Source of the DNA: an uncultured Spirochaetota bacterium | GTDB lineage: Bacteria; Spirochaetota; Spirochaetia; SZUA-6; Fen-1364 | Reading direction: 5' to 3' | DNA length: 64,000 bases | Assembly: GCA_963820525.1 (NCBI GenBank) | Contig: CAWGAA010000001.1 | Location: 2,176,001 to 2,240,000, forward strand | Shown here: positions 17,861 to 26,636 of the stretch, one piece after another | How positions within the stretch are numbered: position 1 is the first letter of the stretch | Layout of the letters: each line of letters opens with the position of its first letter | The notes under the pieces: model-generated | Database searches by the model: none | What the model was told of the DNA's origin: nothing | Seen by the model: the letters and a program-made list of their open reading frames with translations, nothing else | Translations under genes and position numbers: made by a program

Positions 17861-19455
17861 GGGGTGAGACGCTTCACGATCCTTTCGAAATTGTGCCGCC
17901 ACGTGAACGCTTCCATGACGGTCCTTCGGGCCGTGCGGCCCATTTCCTTCCGCCCGGCCGGATCGCGGATCAGCGAGAGGATGCCGCGGGCGAGGTCGCG
18001 GGGATCGCGCTGCTCGACGAGCACGGCGTTCAGCCCGTGCTCTAGTATCTCGGCAAGCTGGCCGACGCGCGAGGCGACGATGCCCTTTCCCATGGCCATG
18101 TACTCGAAGATCTTGGTCGGAGAGCCGAAGAAGCGGGATCCATCGGCCATGTCCTCGTGGGGCGAGACGAGGATATCGCAGGCGGCCAGGTAACGGGGGG
18201 CCTCCTCATGGCGTACGACGCCTCCGAAGGTGACGGAGTCCAGGACCCCGTCCTCCGACAGGATGCTCACCATCTTGTCCTTCAGATCTCCGTCCCCGAT
18301 GATGAGAAACCGCGCAAGCGGCTCCTCCTTGAGCACGTGCTTCACGGCGGATGCCAGGGTCAGCACGCCGTGCCATTGCCCGAATATCCCGATGAAGCCG
18401 ACGATCGGGGCGTTCTTGGGAAATGAGGCCTTTATGCGCGCCGGCTCGACGGCATCGGAGAAGCGGGCCGGGTTAACGCCGTTGGGGTTCACCACGATGC
18501 GCTCGCGCTTCACCCCCGCGCGAACCAGGCGGGAGGCAAGCTCCGCGGATACCACGGCGATGAGGTCGGCCCCGTCCAGGTTGATTCGATCCACGAGGTT
18601 CTCGATGAAAGAGCCGCGAGCCCTGCGCCGGGAAAGCCCTGCCCAGCGGGCGGAGCTGTTGTACTCCAGAACGAACGGCACCCCGGCCAGCCGCGCGAGC
18701 AGCACCCCGCTGAAGTTGTTCTGCGAGGCGCGCTGATAGAGGAACGCCGGCCGGGCGGCGCGGATCGCGGGCAGCGCCCGCAGGGCAAAGCGCAGATTGT
18801 ACTCCACCTGCGAAACGACCTGGGGGAAGTCGAAGAGCCGATGCGACGGCTGGATCACGGAGACGCGGGCCGACAACCTGTAGGCGTCCAGCCCGTCGGG
18901 CGCGAAAGCGCCGACCCGCCAGCCCGATTCGGCGGCGGCGCCGATGAACTCACGGGTATGCGTCACGGATCCCCCGGCGGAGAGCCCGAACCAGAAATCC
19001 GTCTTGAGATAGCACATCGACTTCAGGGCCCCCGGCGCAATGCCTCGACGCCGGGGATGCCGGGTGAGAACGAAGAGGATGCCCGCCACCAGCCCGAATG
19101 TCATGAATGCAAGGCCGGCCTGGAGAGCCGAAACCATGAAACGGGGAACGTCCTTGAGCAGGAACAGCGACGGCGAGAGGCGCCTGCGCCTTCCCGTCGG
19201 GTCCGTGAAACGAACCTCCCGCGCCCCGGAAAGCGCTCCGACGAGCTTCAACAGGAAGAGGTTGTGCTGGTGCTCGATGTCCCTGCAGTACAGGCTCAGG
19301 CTGTCGAGCCGCCTGCGACGCATTCCGGAGAGCGTTCGAAGGATCTTCCCCGCGGAAAGCTCCCCGCGGTCCAGGACTTCAACCTGCTCCAGGCCTCCGC
19401 CCAGCCTTCGAAGCTCCGCCGGCGGCGCCGAGCATACATTGAGTATCGCTTGCAT
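17857..19455 (-). CDS. Glycosyltransferase family 4 with an N-terminal extension and a TM segment
   Basis: GGSVTH, LYQR, VLEYN, NPNGV, GFIGIFGQWHG, FFGSPTKIFEYMAMGK. Start uncertain (19455 or 19518). Confidence 0.85.
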   Translation of the reverse strand: MQAILNVCSAPPAELRRLGGGLEQVEVLDRGELSAGKILRTLSGMRRRRLDSLSLYCRDIEHQHNLFLLKLVGALSGAREVRFTDPTGRRRRLSPSLFLLKDVPRFMVSALQAGLAFMTFGLVAGILFVLTRHPRRRGIAPGALKSMCYLKTDFWFGLSAGGSVTHTREFIGAAAESGWRVGAFAPDGLDAYRLSARVSVIQPSHRLFDFPQVVSQVEYNLRFALRALPAIRAARPAFLYQRASQNNFSGVLLARLAGVPFVLEYNSSARWAGLSRRRARGSFIENLVDRINLDGADLIAVVSAELASRLVRAGVKRERIVVNPNGVNPARFSDAVEPARIKASFPKNAPIVGFIGIFGQWHGVLTLASAVKHVLKEEPLARFLIIGDGDLKDKMVSILSEDGVLDSVTFGGVVRHEEAPRYLAACDILVSPHEDMADGSRFFGSPTKIFEYMAMGKGIVASRVGQLAEILEHGLNAVLVEQRDPRDLARGILSLIRDPAGRKEMGRTARRTVMEAFTWRHNFERIVKRLTP

Positions 19456-19520
19456 ATGTTTGTCGTTCCTTGGAGGCCCGTCAGGATCGGGCCTTTGCGA
19501 TCGGTTTGTTTTTTTCAAGA

Positions 19521-19560
19521 TTTTCCGCGGGGGCAGGCGAACGCCGGCTCCCGTGGAAAA
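19521..19560 (-). repeat. Inverted repeat/stem-loop just downstream of the beta-helix gene (mRNA-stabilising hairpin or weak terminator)
   Basis: TTTTCC...GGAAAA arms enclosing a GGCG-TT-CGCC inner hairpin; no U-tract on the minus strand. Confidence 0.45.
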
Positions 19561-19567
19561 GGGATAT

Positions 19568-21139
19568 CTATTTCACTCTCAGGCCCGTGGGCGGCGCAGG
19601 CGGCTTTATGACCGTTCCGGATTGCTCATAGGCGCCCAGCGAGTACAGCGAGCGGGCGCGGCCCGCGATGTCTACATTGAATGGGGCCCCGAGGTTGTCG
19701 CCCTGGGCAACCTGCGCGGGGGTGAGGGTCGACAGGGAGAAGGCGCTCGTGGCGGGGTGCCAGCTCTCGTCGAACCCCGTGGGAAGAACGGACATCAATG
19801 CGAGCGCCACCCCGCCGCTGAATTGAGGGTCCATGACGACATTGTTTGAGGCGACGTTGCCCGAAGAGATCGCGGCGAAACCGGAGGCCCCTTCGAGCCA
19901 GCTCACCGGGTACCAGTGCGACGGCGAGGAGGAGCTGTCGCGATAGTAGACAAGGGTGGCGAGGTTCGCGCCGTCGCGGTAGATGACGTTTCGCGAGATC
20001 GTGTTGTTGGCGCCGATGCCGATGTTGAATGCCACCGTTGGAGCATTGGAGTTGATGATGTTGCCGTAGTAGAAGATGTTGTCTCTGATGTCGTTTCCCG
20101 CGGGGATGTTGGTCCCCGCCGTGCCGTCATCCTCGATCGTGAAGGCGGAGCCCTCGTAGCCGCCCGACTCCCCGCCCATGTAGCCGGAGTGATACACGGT
20201 GTTGAAGTAGATCTTGTTGTTGTTTCCGTTGAGGATGCCGATGCCGCTGGAGCAGTCGAAGATGAGGTTGTTGAACAGGAGGTTTCCATCTGCCTGGATG
20301 CTCGAGGAACCGTCGAATTTCATGCCGAAAGACGGGCGGAACGGGCTCTCGTAGGTCATCCACTTGTATCCGGCCTGGGTGATGATGTTTCCCGTGATGG
20401 TATTGTTGGCCGATGAGACGACCATGCCGTGGTCGTTGGTCTGATAGATGTAGTTGTTTCGGACCATGCAGTTGCCCTGGTAGTACAACTCGATGGCCTT
20501 TTCCTCCGTGTGGTATATCGTGTTCCTTTCTATATCGATATACGCGGCCTTCGCAGAGCCGGTCACTTCTATTCCATACCCGCTGGCGCCCGAAGCGCCA
20601 TAGATCTCGTGGATCAGGTTGCCGATGATCTCGTCATAGGTGGAGGCGCCGTCGATGAAGACCCCGGCCGAGTTGGATTCATTTCTCATGTTTCGGATCT
20701 CGAAGCCTTCGATGTGGATGTAGCTCACGCCGTAGATGTGGAAACCCTTCCCGTATCCCGCCACTCCGCCGGTCCCGCTGGTCGTGGCTCCGCCGTCCAC
20801 GACGGCCCGCCCCGTTCCCCAGCCGGAGAGATGCCCGGAGAGCACCTTGATCAGGTTCCCGGACTGTCCGCCGCTGTAATAGTTTGTATCGAGCTGGATC
20901 GAGTTGTTCTGGAGGACGGAGCCGCCCTTTACAATGACGATGTCGCCGGCCGCTATCTTGACCCAGCCGCTGCCGGTAATGCCGAGCGTGCCCGGAACGT
21001 GCTGCCAGGCCGCGTCCGTGGAACGCCCATTGTTGGAATCGCTTCCTGCCGCGGGGTCCACATAGTACGTGGCCGCGAGGGCGGAAGCGGCGGACAGTAT
21101 GACAAGCATGATGGGAAGCGCGATTCTCCGTAAGATCAT
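19568..21139 (-). CDS. Secreted right-handed parallel beta-helix protein (pectin lyase-like fold)
   Basis: Start MILRRIALP with signal peptide (ASALA/ATYYVD); GSDSNNG, Asn-ladder repeats (NNYIY, GNII, FNNLIF, YFNTVY, RDNIFY), GAYE, C-terminal PPAPPTGLRVK. Confidence 0.85.
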   Translation of the reverse strand: MILRRIALPIMLVILSAASALAATYYVDPAAGSDSNNGRSTDAAWQHVPGTLGITGSGWVKIAAGDIVIVKGGSVLQNNSIQLDTNYYSGGQSGNLIKVLSGHLSGWGTGRAVVDGGATTSGTGGVAGYGKGFHIYGVSYIHIEGFEIRNMRNESNSAGVFIDGASTYDEIIGNLIHEIYGASGASGYGIEVTGSAKAAYIDIERNTIYHTEEKAIELYYQGNCMVRNNYIYQTNDHGMVVSSANNTITGNIITQAGYKWMTYESPFRPSFGMKFDGSSSIQADGNLLFNNLIFDCSSGIGILNGNNNKIYFNTVYHSGYMGGESGGYEGSAFTIEDDGTAGTNIPAGNDIRDNIFYYGNIINSNAPTVAFNIGIGANNTISRNVIYRDGANLATLVYYRDSSSSPSHWYPVSWLEGASGFAAISSGNVASNNVVMDPQFSGGVALALMSVLPTGFDESWHPATSAFSLSTLTPAQVAQGDNLGAPFNVDIAGRARSLYSLGAYEQSGTVIKPPAPPTGLRVK

Positions 21140-21176
21140 GGCACACCCCTTTCGCGGAAAGCCGTGAAAGAATTTA

Positions 21177-21192
21177 AGCATGAGATGTGCCA
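21177..21192 (-). promoter_or_regulatory. Sigma54 (-24/-12) promoter for the beta-helix gene
   Basis: Minus strand TGGCAC-ATCTC-ATGCT, one mismatch to TGGCAC-N5-TTGCW, about 38 nt upstream of the ATG. Confidence 0.75.
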
Positions 21193-21346
21193 AGATCCAA
21201 TCAGCGCCATCTTTCGAATATCCATTGTCCACTATTTCCTTTTATTGTTGAAAAATAAAGCGCCCTGCAAAAAATGTCTCGAGCCTGCCCGCTTCGCCTG
21301 GGCTTCTGCACCCTCGCTCGCCGATTACATCCCTGTACTCGTTATG

Positions 21347-21362
21347 TGTAAGCGCGATTACA
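21347..21362. promoter_or_regulatory. Putative enhancer-binding-protein upstream activating sequence (TGT-N10-ACA palindrome)
   Basis: TGTAAGCGCGATTACA about 155 nt upstream of the -24 box; a second CGATTACA half-site near 21322; AT-rich spacer in between. Confidence 0.55.
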
Positions 21363-21396
21363 CGGACGTAACTCAGGGGCGGTGCAGCGGCCCGCC

Positions 21397-22851
21397 CTAG
21401 GGCCGATACTCCTGCTCGGCGTGGGCCCGGTCCTGGAGGGCCTGCACGAATCCGGACAGGATCCCGAACAGGAAGAAGAGCAGCTTGTTGATGTAGGCGA
21501 GGTTTCGGGTGAAGTCCAGCCCGAAGTCCACGACGAGGTATGCCAGGGTGAAACAGATCGCCGCATTGGCGAAGGCGACATGTATGCGGTTGGTGTCGTA
21601 CTTCCTCACCTGGAAGGCGTAGCGGAAGACCGTCACGAACAAAGCGATGAAGAAGAGGAATCCGATGATCCCCGTCTCCGAGAGGGCGGCCAGATACGCG
21701 TCATGCGGGGTGGGAACGCTGATCACGTTCTTGTAGAAGCTCACGTACCTGTCGAGGTCGCGCTCGTAGGCCTCCGCGTAGGCCCCGTATCCGACCCCGA
21801 TCAGCGGATGGTCCGCGAACATGACGAGCGCCGAGTGGTAGGTTGCCAGGCGAGCGTAGATGGTTTCCATCTTGTCGATCCTGTTCGTGAACAGCTTGCT
21901 GTCGCGGTTGAGCAGAAGCGGTGCCAGGGGGGCGATGAGCAGGATGACCAGGATCAACGCAATCACAACCGGCACGCTCTTCTTGATGTTGAGGCCCAGC
22001 ATCGCCAGGAAGGCAACCGCGAGGGCAATCCACACTCCCCGGGTCAGCGTGTTGAGCACGGCCCAGATCCCCAGGATCATGGCGCCCACCCTCATCCTGC
22101 GCCAGCCCTTGCCGTCCTGGAAGGTGCCCCCGACGCTCGCCGCGACGAGGATGAGGGTGTTCATCACGCCTCCCAGCTCCTCGGCATAGGCAAAGGGGCC
22201 GTTGACCCTCCCCTCGGCGAACTTGTCGTCCCCATTATCGACGATCAGGAGGTCCCGGTGGGTGAACCGCTCGCCCAGGGCGAGCAGCCCGAGAATGACG
22301 ATGTCGATGAGAAAGATGTGGTACACGGTGTGCAGGAACCACTCGTCGTGGGCATAGCGCTTGGCCATGAGGTACAGAACGTAGGGGATGAGCAGCGAAT
22401 CGATGAGGACGCGGATAGGGGTCTTCTTCATGAAGCAGAATGCGATGGATACGGCTCCCACGATGATCAGGAACAGGATCTTCCTGTCCAGCACATTGGT
22501 GATCCATTTGCGGCCCTTCGTCCAGGGATTGGAGAGCTCCGCCAGGAGGGCCAGGCCGGCGAGGAGCCTGTCGAAGGTCATGTCGGGCAGGGGGCCGAGC
22601 TTGGTGCCGAACCTGTTGGAGATGATGGGCCCCACGAGCAGGAAAACGAGGATCAGCCGCTTGGCGTCGATGGATTTTCGCAGGGTGGCAAACAAGAGGA
22701 TGGTCCACACTACGAGGTGGGTGAGCTTGAAGTCCACCCAGCTTCCGGCGAAGCACACGATGGCGGAGAAGACCGACAGGGCGATGAAGCGTCGGGAAGC
22801 CGCAAGGCCGGCGTTCCGCTCGCCAAGATCATAGGTGGCGACATCGCTCAC
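21397..22851 (-). CDS. O-antigen ligase/polymerase family (Wzy/WaaL-like)
   Basis: Multi-TM; RVNGPF, TLTRGVW, HPLIGVGYG, PHDAYL, ETGIIG. Confidence 0.88.
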   Translation of the reverse strand: MSDVATYDLGERNAGLAASRRFIALSVFSAIVCFAGSWVDFKLTHLVVWTILLFATLRKSIDAKRLILVFLLVGPIISNRFGTKLGPLPDMTFDRLLAGLALLAELSNPWTKGRKWITNVLDRKILFLIIVGAVSIAFCFMKKTPIRVLIDSLLIPYVLYLMAKRYAHDEWFLHTVYHIFLIDIVILGLLALGERFTHRDLLIVDNGDDKFAEGRVNGPFAYAEELGGVMNTLILVAASVGGTFQDGKGWRRMRVGAMILGIWAVLNTLTRGVWIALAVAFLAMLGLNIKKSVPVVIALILVILLIAPLAPLLLNRDSKLFTNRIDKMETIYARLATYHSALVMFADHPLIGVGYGAYAEAYERDLDRYVSFYKNVISVPTPHDAYLAALSETGIIGFLFFIALFVTVFRYAFQVRKYDTNRIHVAFANAAICFTLAYLVVDFGLDFTRNLAYINKLLFFLFGILSGFVQALQDRAHAEQEYRP

Positions 22852-24143
22852 GCGCGGCCCTCCGAGCGCCCCGGTCCCATGGCGCTGATCCGCTTCAACG
22901 TCTTTCTATAGTAATAGAGGTGCAGGCAGAGGTTGAGACCGAGGGCGACCAGGGTGGCATAGGAGGCGCCGAGGGCCTTGTACCGCGGGATGAGAAGGAC
23001 GTTCAGCGAGAGGTTCACCACGGCCATGACGAAGGCGGTGTTCCGCAGATAGGAGCCCATGCCCCGGGCGCCCATGAACATGTTGAAGGGCTGGGCAATG
23101 CCGGAGAAGACTGCGGTGAGGGCGAGGGGAAGGATCAGGGGGATCACCTGATCGTACGCATGGCCGAAGAGGAGGTGCACGATGAACTTTCGAAGCGCGA
23201 TGAGCCCGACGGCGCATGCGGAAAGCCACAGGAGGTTCACCTGGATCACCGCGGCCGGAATCCTGTCGTTCTTGGCGAAGTCCTTGAACAGCGTGGTGGA
23301 GAGCGAGCGGGAGAACGTCGCCATCGGGAAGGTGAGGAGGTTGCCCAGGTTGTAGAACCCCACCGAAGCGGGGTCCGCGAAGGCGGAGATGAGCATGCTG
23401 TCCGTCTTGGCGCTGGCCGTGTTGGCGATATTGCCGAGGTAGGCGTTCCATCCGTACACCTTCACGTCCATCATGAGCCTGCGGGCCGCGCGGCCGATTC
23501 CGCTGAAAAGCGGCCTGGCCGTGAAGAGCAGGACGGCCGCGGCCGCGAGATTGGAGACGAGATTGATCGCCAGGGCCGCAGCAAAGCCATAAGTGCCGGC
23601 CAGGAGGAAGGCCACGATGAGAAGGAGATTGAGCCCCTTTGCGCCCACGCGGAAAATCGCCAGGGAGCCGATCCTGTTGTCTCCCCTGCACACGGCCTCG
23701 ACGAGCATCTGCAGCCCCATGAGGCCGAAAAGCACGCTGAACAACCTCAAGGCGGAACCGGTGTCGGACTTGAACACGGGAGCCATGAGGAAGCTCAGAC
23801 CGAACACGATGCCGCCCGCCAGCAGGGAAAGGAGGGCGCCGATCGCGATCAGCGCGCCGATCAGCTCGCGGCGCTCACGCTGCCGATACTCGTCGGCAGC
23901 CAGAACCCGGGCGCCGGATGAATAGAAGCCGAAGTCTATGAACAGCACCACGTAGTCCGCCACGGCCAGGGCAAAGGAAAAGCGGCCGTAGGAGGTCGGG
24001 TCAAGGCTCCGCGTATTGAGCACGTTGGTGAGGATCCCCCCTACGAGAAAGACGACCTGAGACAAGTAAAGGGAGGCGACCTGACGGATGGACCGCGAGC
24101 CTATGGCGCCGCGGATCGCCTTGACGCCAAAGCTGAAGCTCAT
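22848..24143 (-). CDS. wzx: Oligosaccharide flippase (Wzx family)
   Basis: Start MSFSFGV (ATGA overlap); many TM segments, LDPTSYG, DFG, VGFY, NVLLIPRY..GAS. Confidence 0.85.
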   Translation of the reverse strand: MSFSFGVKAIRGAIGSRSIRQVASLYLSQVVFLVGGILTNVLNTRSLDPTSYGRFSFALAVADYVVLFIDFGFYSSGARVLAADEYRQRERRELIGALIAIGALLSLLAGGIVFGLSFLMAPVFKSDTGSALRLFSVLFGLMGLQMLVEAVCRGDNRIGSLAIFRVGAKGLNLLLIVAFLLAGTYGFAAALAINLVSNLAAAAVLLFTARPLFSGIGRAARRLMMDVKVYGWNAYLGNIANTASAKTDSMLISAFADPASVGFYNLGNLLTFPMATFSRSLSTTLFKDFAKNDRIPAAVIQVNLLWLSACAVGLIALRKFIVHLLFGHAYDQVIPLILPLALTAVFSGIAQPFNMFMGARGMGSYLRNTAFVMAVVNLSLNVLLIPRYKALGASYATLVALGLNLCLHLYYYRKTLKRISAMGPGRSEGRA

Positions 24144-25243
24144 CCGGCCGGCCTCCCCCGCCCCGCCGGGGAGCGGATGAATGAAACAAGGAGGATGAGG
24201 AGGAGGATGGGCTCTTGGAGAAGGGAAAGGATCAAGCGCCCCGCCTGCCGCACACCGTAGGTTCCAAGCCGCCATGCCCAGGCGTTTCTGAACAGAAGGG
24301 CATAGGAGACGCTTGTTTCCAGTATCCAGGGGATGAAGGCGCTCCTGCTGCGCGCCAGCTCGCTCTTGAGCCGGCGGATCCTCTCCAGGCTCTTTTCGCG
24401 GGCGCGGCCCCCGAGGAGCTCCACGGCATCCCGCCGGTACGCGCTCACCGGAATCTCCTGGAAGCCGATGATGCCCGACGGCCCGACGGTGACCGAGAGG
24501 AGGAAACCATAGCGCCGGTCGCGAAGGGCGTGCGAGCTCGATCCCGGCATCTCATCCACGGAAAAGAAGAAATTGCCCAACGAGTAGCAGATCAGGGCGC
24601 CATCGTAGAGCTCGATCCCCTGGGAAACGTGGGGATGCTGTCCGATGACGAGATTCGCCCCGGCGTGAACGAGCGCCCGGGCCAAATGCCGCTGCCAGGG
24701 AGACGGCCGGCCGACGTACTCGTAGCCCCAATGGAGGGAGACGACGAGCAGGTCCACGCGGGAAGCGAGCCGCCTCACGTCCCGAAGGGCCGTGCGCTTC
24801 CTCAGGGAAGCGAGGGTGGAGGGGAAGCCGTAGTCGGCATATCCGAGGAATCCGATCCTCATCCCCTTGGCTTCGAGGATCACGGGTAGGCCGCCTTTTC
24901 CGTTTCGAAGCCCAAGGGGCTTCATGTCGCGCGCCTCGAGCTCTCTGATCGTCGAAAGGCATCCCTGCAAGCCCAGGTCGAACACATGGTTGTTGGAGAT
25001 ATTCACGACCTGAAAGCCATACTGGCGAAGATAGGAGGCGGCGTGGGGATCGGTCCACAGCACGTTCTTCTTCCGCGCTTCCGCCGACACGGGGCTCCCT
25101 TCTGCGATGCAGCCTTCCAGGTTTATGAAACGCACATCGGCAGCTTCCAGGAGCTTCCGCGCGGGGGCGAAGGGATCCGCCTCCGGCCTTCCCGCGGGAG
25201 GGAGGGCGTCGCCGGCAAACATCAATGTGAGGGTCTCAGCCAT
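24140..25243 (-). CDS. CapA/PGA_cap family metallophosphatase-like protein
   Basis: Start MAETLTLMFAGD; NLEG, SNNHVFDLG, SLHWG, GQHPHV, YSLGNF. Confidence 0.88.
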   Translation of the reverse strand: MAETLTLMFAGDALPPAGRPEADPFAPARKLLEAADVRFINLEGCIAEGSPVSAEARKKNVLWTDPHAASYLRQYGFQVVNISNNHVFDLGLQGCLSTIRELEARDMKPLGLRNGKGGLPVILEAKGMRIGFLGYADYGFPSTLASLRKRTALRDVRRLASRVDLLVVSLHWGYEYVGRPSPWQRHLARALVHAGANLVIGQHPHVSQGIELYDGALICYSLGNFFFSVDEMPGSSSHALRDRRYGFLLSVTVGPSGIIGFQEIPVSAYRRDAVELLGGRAREKSLERIRRLKSELARSRSAFIPWILETSVSYALLFRNAWAWRLGTYGVRQAGRLILSLLQEPILLLILLVSFIRSPAGRGRPAG

Positions 25244-26630
25244 GATTGATGTGCAGTTTCTGGTCCAGGAACGAGTGCTTCCCCCTGGCTCCGCGGGGAA
25301 TTTCACGAACATGGACGATTTCAACGTCGATGTCATCCCCCAGCTTCGCACCCAGGGCGTGGAGGAACTCCCGCTCGTCTTCCTGGGTATAGCTCGTCTT
25401 GGCAACGATCTTCAGGCGCACCCTTCCGGGCTCATCCTGGTAGAAGCGGAACTGGCCGATGTGGTCGAAGAGGTGCGAATGGATCGAAGCGACGCGGGTG
25501 AGCGGGACCTGCCTGCCCGTCCTGGTCACCAGCTGCTCCAGGGCGCGGCCGTCCAGCCGATCCAGGAGCGGGAAGGCGCGGCCGCACTTTTCGCATCCCG
25601 CCGGGCCTTTTACGGCATTGTCCGCCGTGCGGTAGCGGATGAAGGGGGTGGCGAAGCTCCAGAACGAGGTGCCGACGATCTCGCCGGTCTCGCCTTCCGC
25701 CACCTCGGCGCCGTCGGCTCCCACCAGCTCGGCGTACCCGTAGAACGGCACCACGTGGTACTTCTCGGATCCGAGGCACTGCACGGCGAGAACCACCTGT
25801 TCCGTCTGGCCGTAGAAGGAAAAGAGCCGCGCCCGGGGGAAGGCCTGGCGAATCCTTTCCTTCTGCCAGTCCAGGACATTCTCCGAGCCAAGTATGATGC
25901 TTCGAAAATCGAGCCTGCCCGCGTCCCCGTGCTCGATCACGAGATCCGAAAGGATAAGCGCCGAGGAGGGATATGCCCGGAGGTGCAGCGGTGAAAAACG
26001 CGTGACAAGGTCGCGGTAGCTCTGGTAGCTTTCGGAGTCGAGGAAATAGCTGGAAAGGAACAGGCTCCTCGACAGGCGGTCGAGCTTCCAGAACCGCTCT
26101 CGTGTTCCGTTGAATCCCCCCCGCAGCACCGCCACGAGATCTCTGTTCCTCCACCCCTGCTCTTCCATCGCCAGGTGAAGGAAGGCATCCTCCTTGGCGT
26201 CGTTGAGGGCGGTATGGAAGAAACCGAAGGGAATCCCGGTGGAGCCGCTGGTGCTCTCGTAGTGCATCGCCCGAGCGGGGATTGCCCGCGATACGAAATC
26301 CCTTTCGTTGTCGCGCAGAAGCTCCTTTGTCGTGAAGGGCAGGATCGCGAGGTCTTCCGGGCGGCGCACGTCCGCCGGCTTCACCCCGGCATCGTCCCAC
26401 AAGAGGCGGTAGCCGGGAACGCTCCGGTAGGCGAAGTCCAGAAGCTTGCCGAGCCTCTCCTGCTTCCAGCCGGCGATCCGCTCGCCGTCCCACCACTGGG
26501 CCGCTTTGAACTTCCGTTTGATCCGCCTGTATCTCATGCCCGCCCTGAAAGAGGGCGGCAGACGCCCGAAGAGGTCCCGGGCAAGGGATTTGGCCCTCGT
26601 GACGAGGCGCGGGGGGGAGTTTTCATCCAT
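25236..26630 (-). CDS. Phenylacetate-CoA ligase family protein (CapK-like)
   Basis: LPFTTKE, TSGSTG, AYPS, GSE, YGQTE, PFIRYRTAD, RGK. Confidence 0.88.
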   Translation of the reverse strand: MDENSPPRLVTRAKSLARDLFGRLPPSFRAGMRYRRIKRKFKAAQWWDGERIAGWKQERLGKLLDFAYRSVPGYRLLWDDAGVKPADVRRPEDLAILPFTTKELLRDNERDFVSRAIPARAMHYESTSGSTGIPFGFFHTALNDAKEDAFLHLAMEEQGWRNRDLVAVLRGGFNGTRERFWKLDRLSRSLFLSSYFLDSESYQSYRDLVTRFSPLHLRAYPSSALILSDLVIEHGDAGRLDFRSIILGSENVLDWQKERIRQAFPRARLFSFYGQTEQVVLAVQCLGSEKYHVVPFYGYAELVGADGAEVAEGETGEIVGTSFWSFATPFIRYRTADNAVKGPAGCEKCGRAFPLLDRLDGRALEQLVTRTGRQVPLTRVASIHSHLFDHIGQFRFYQDEPGRVRLKIVAKTSYTQEDEREFLHALGAKLGDDIDVEIVHVREIPRGARGKHSFLDQKLHINHG

Positions 26631-26636
26631 TGACGA

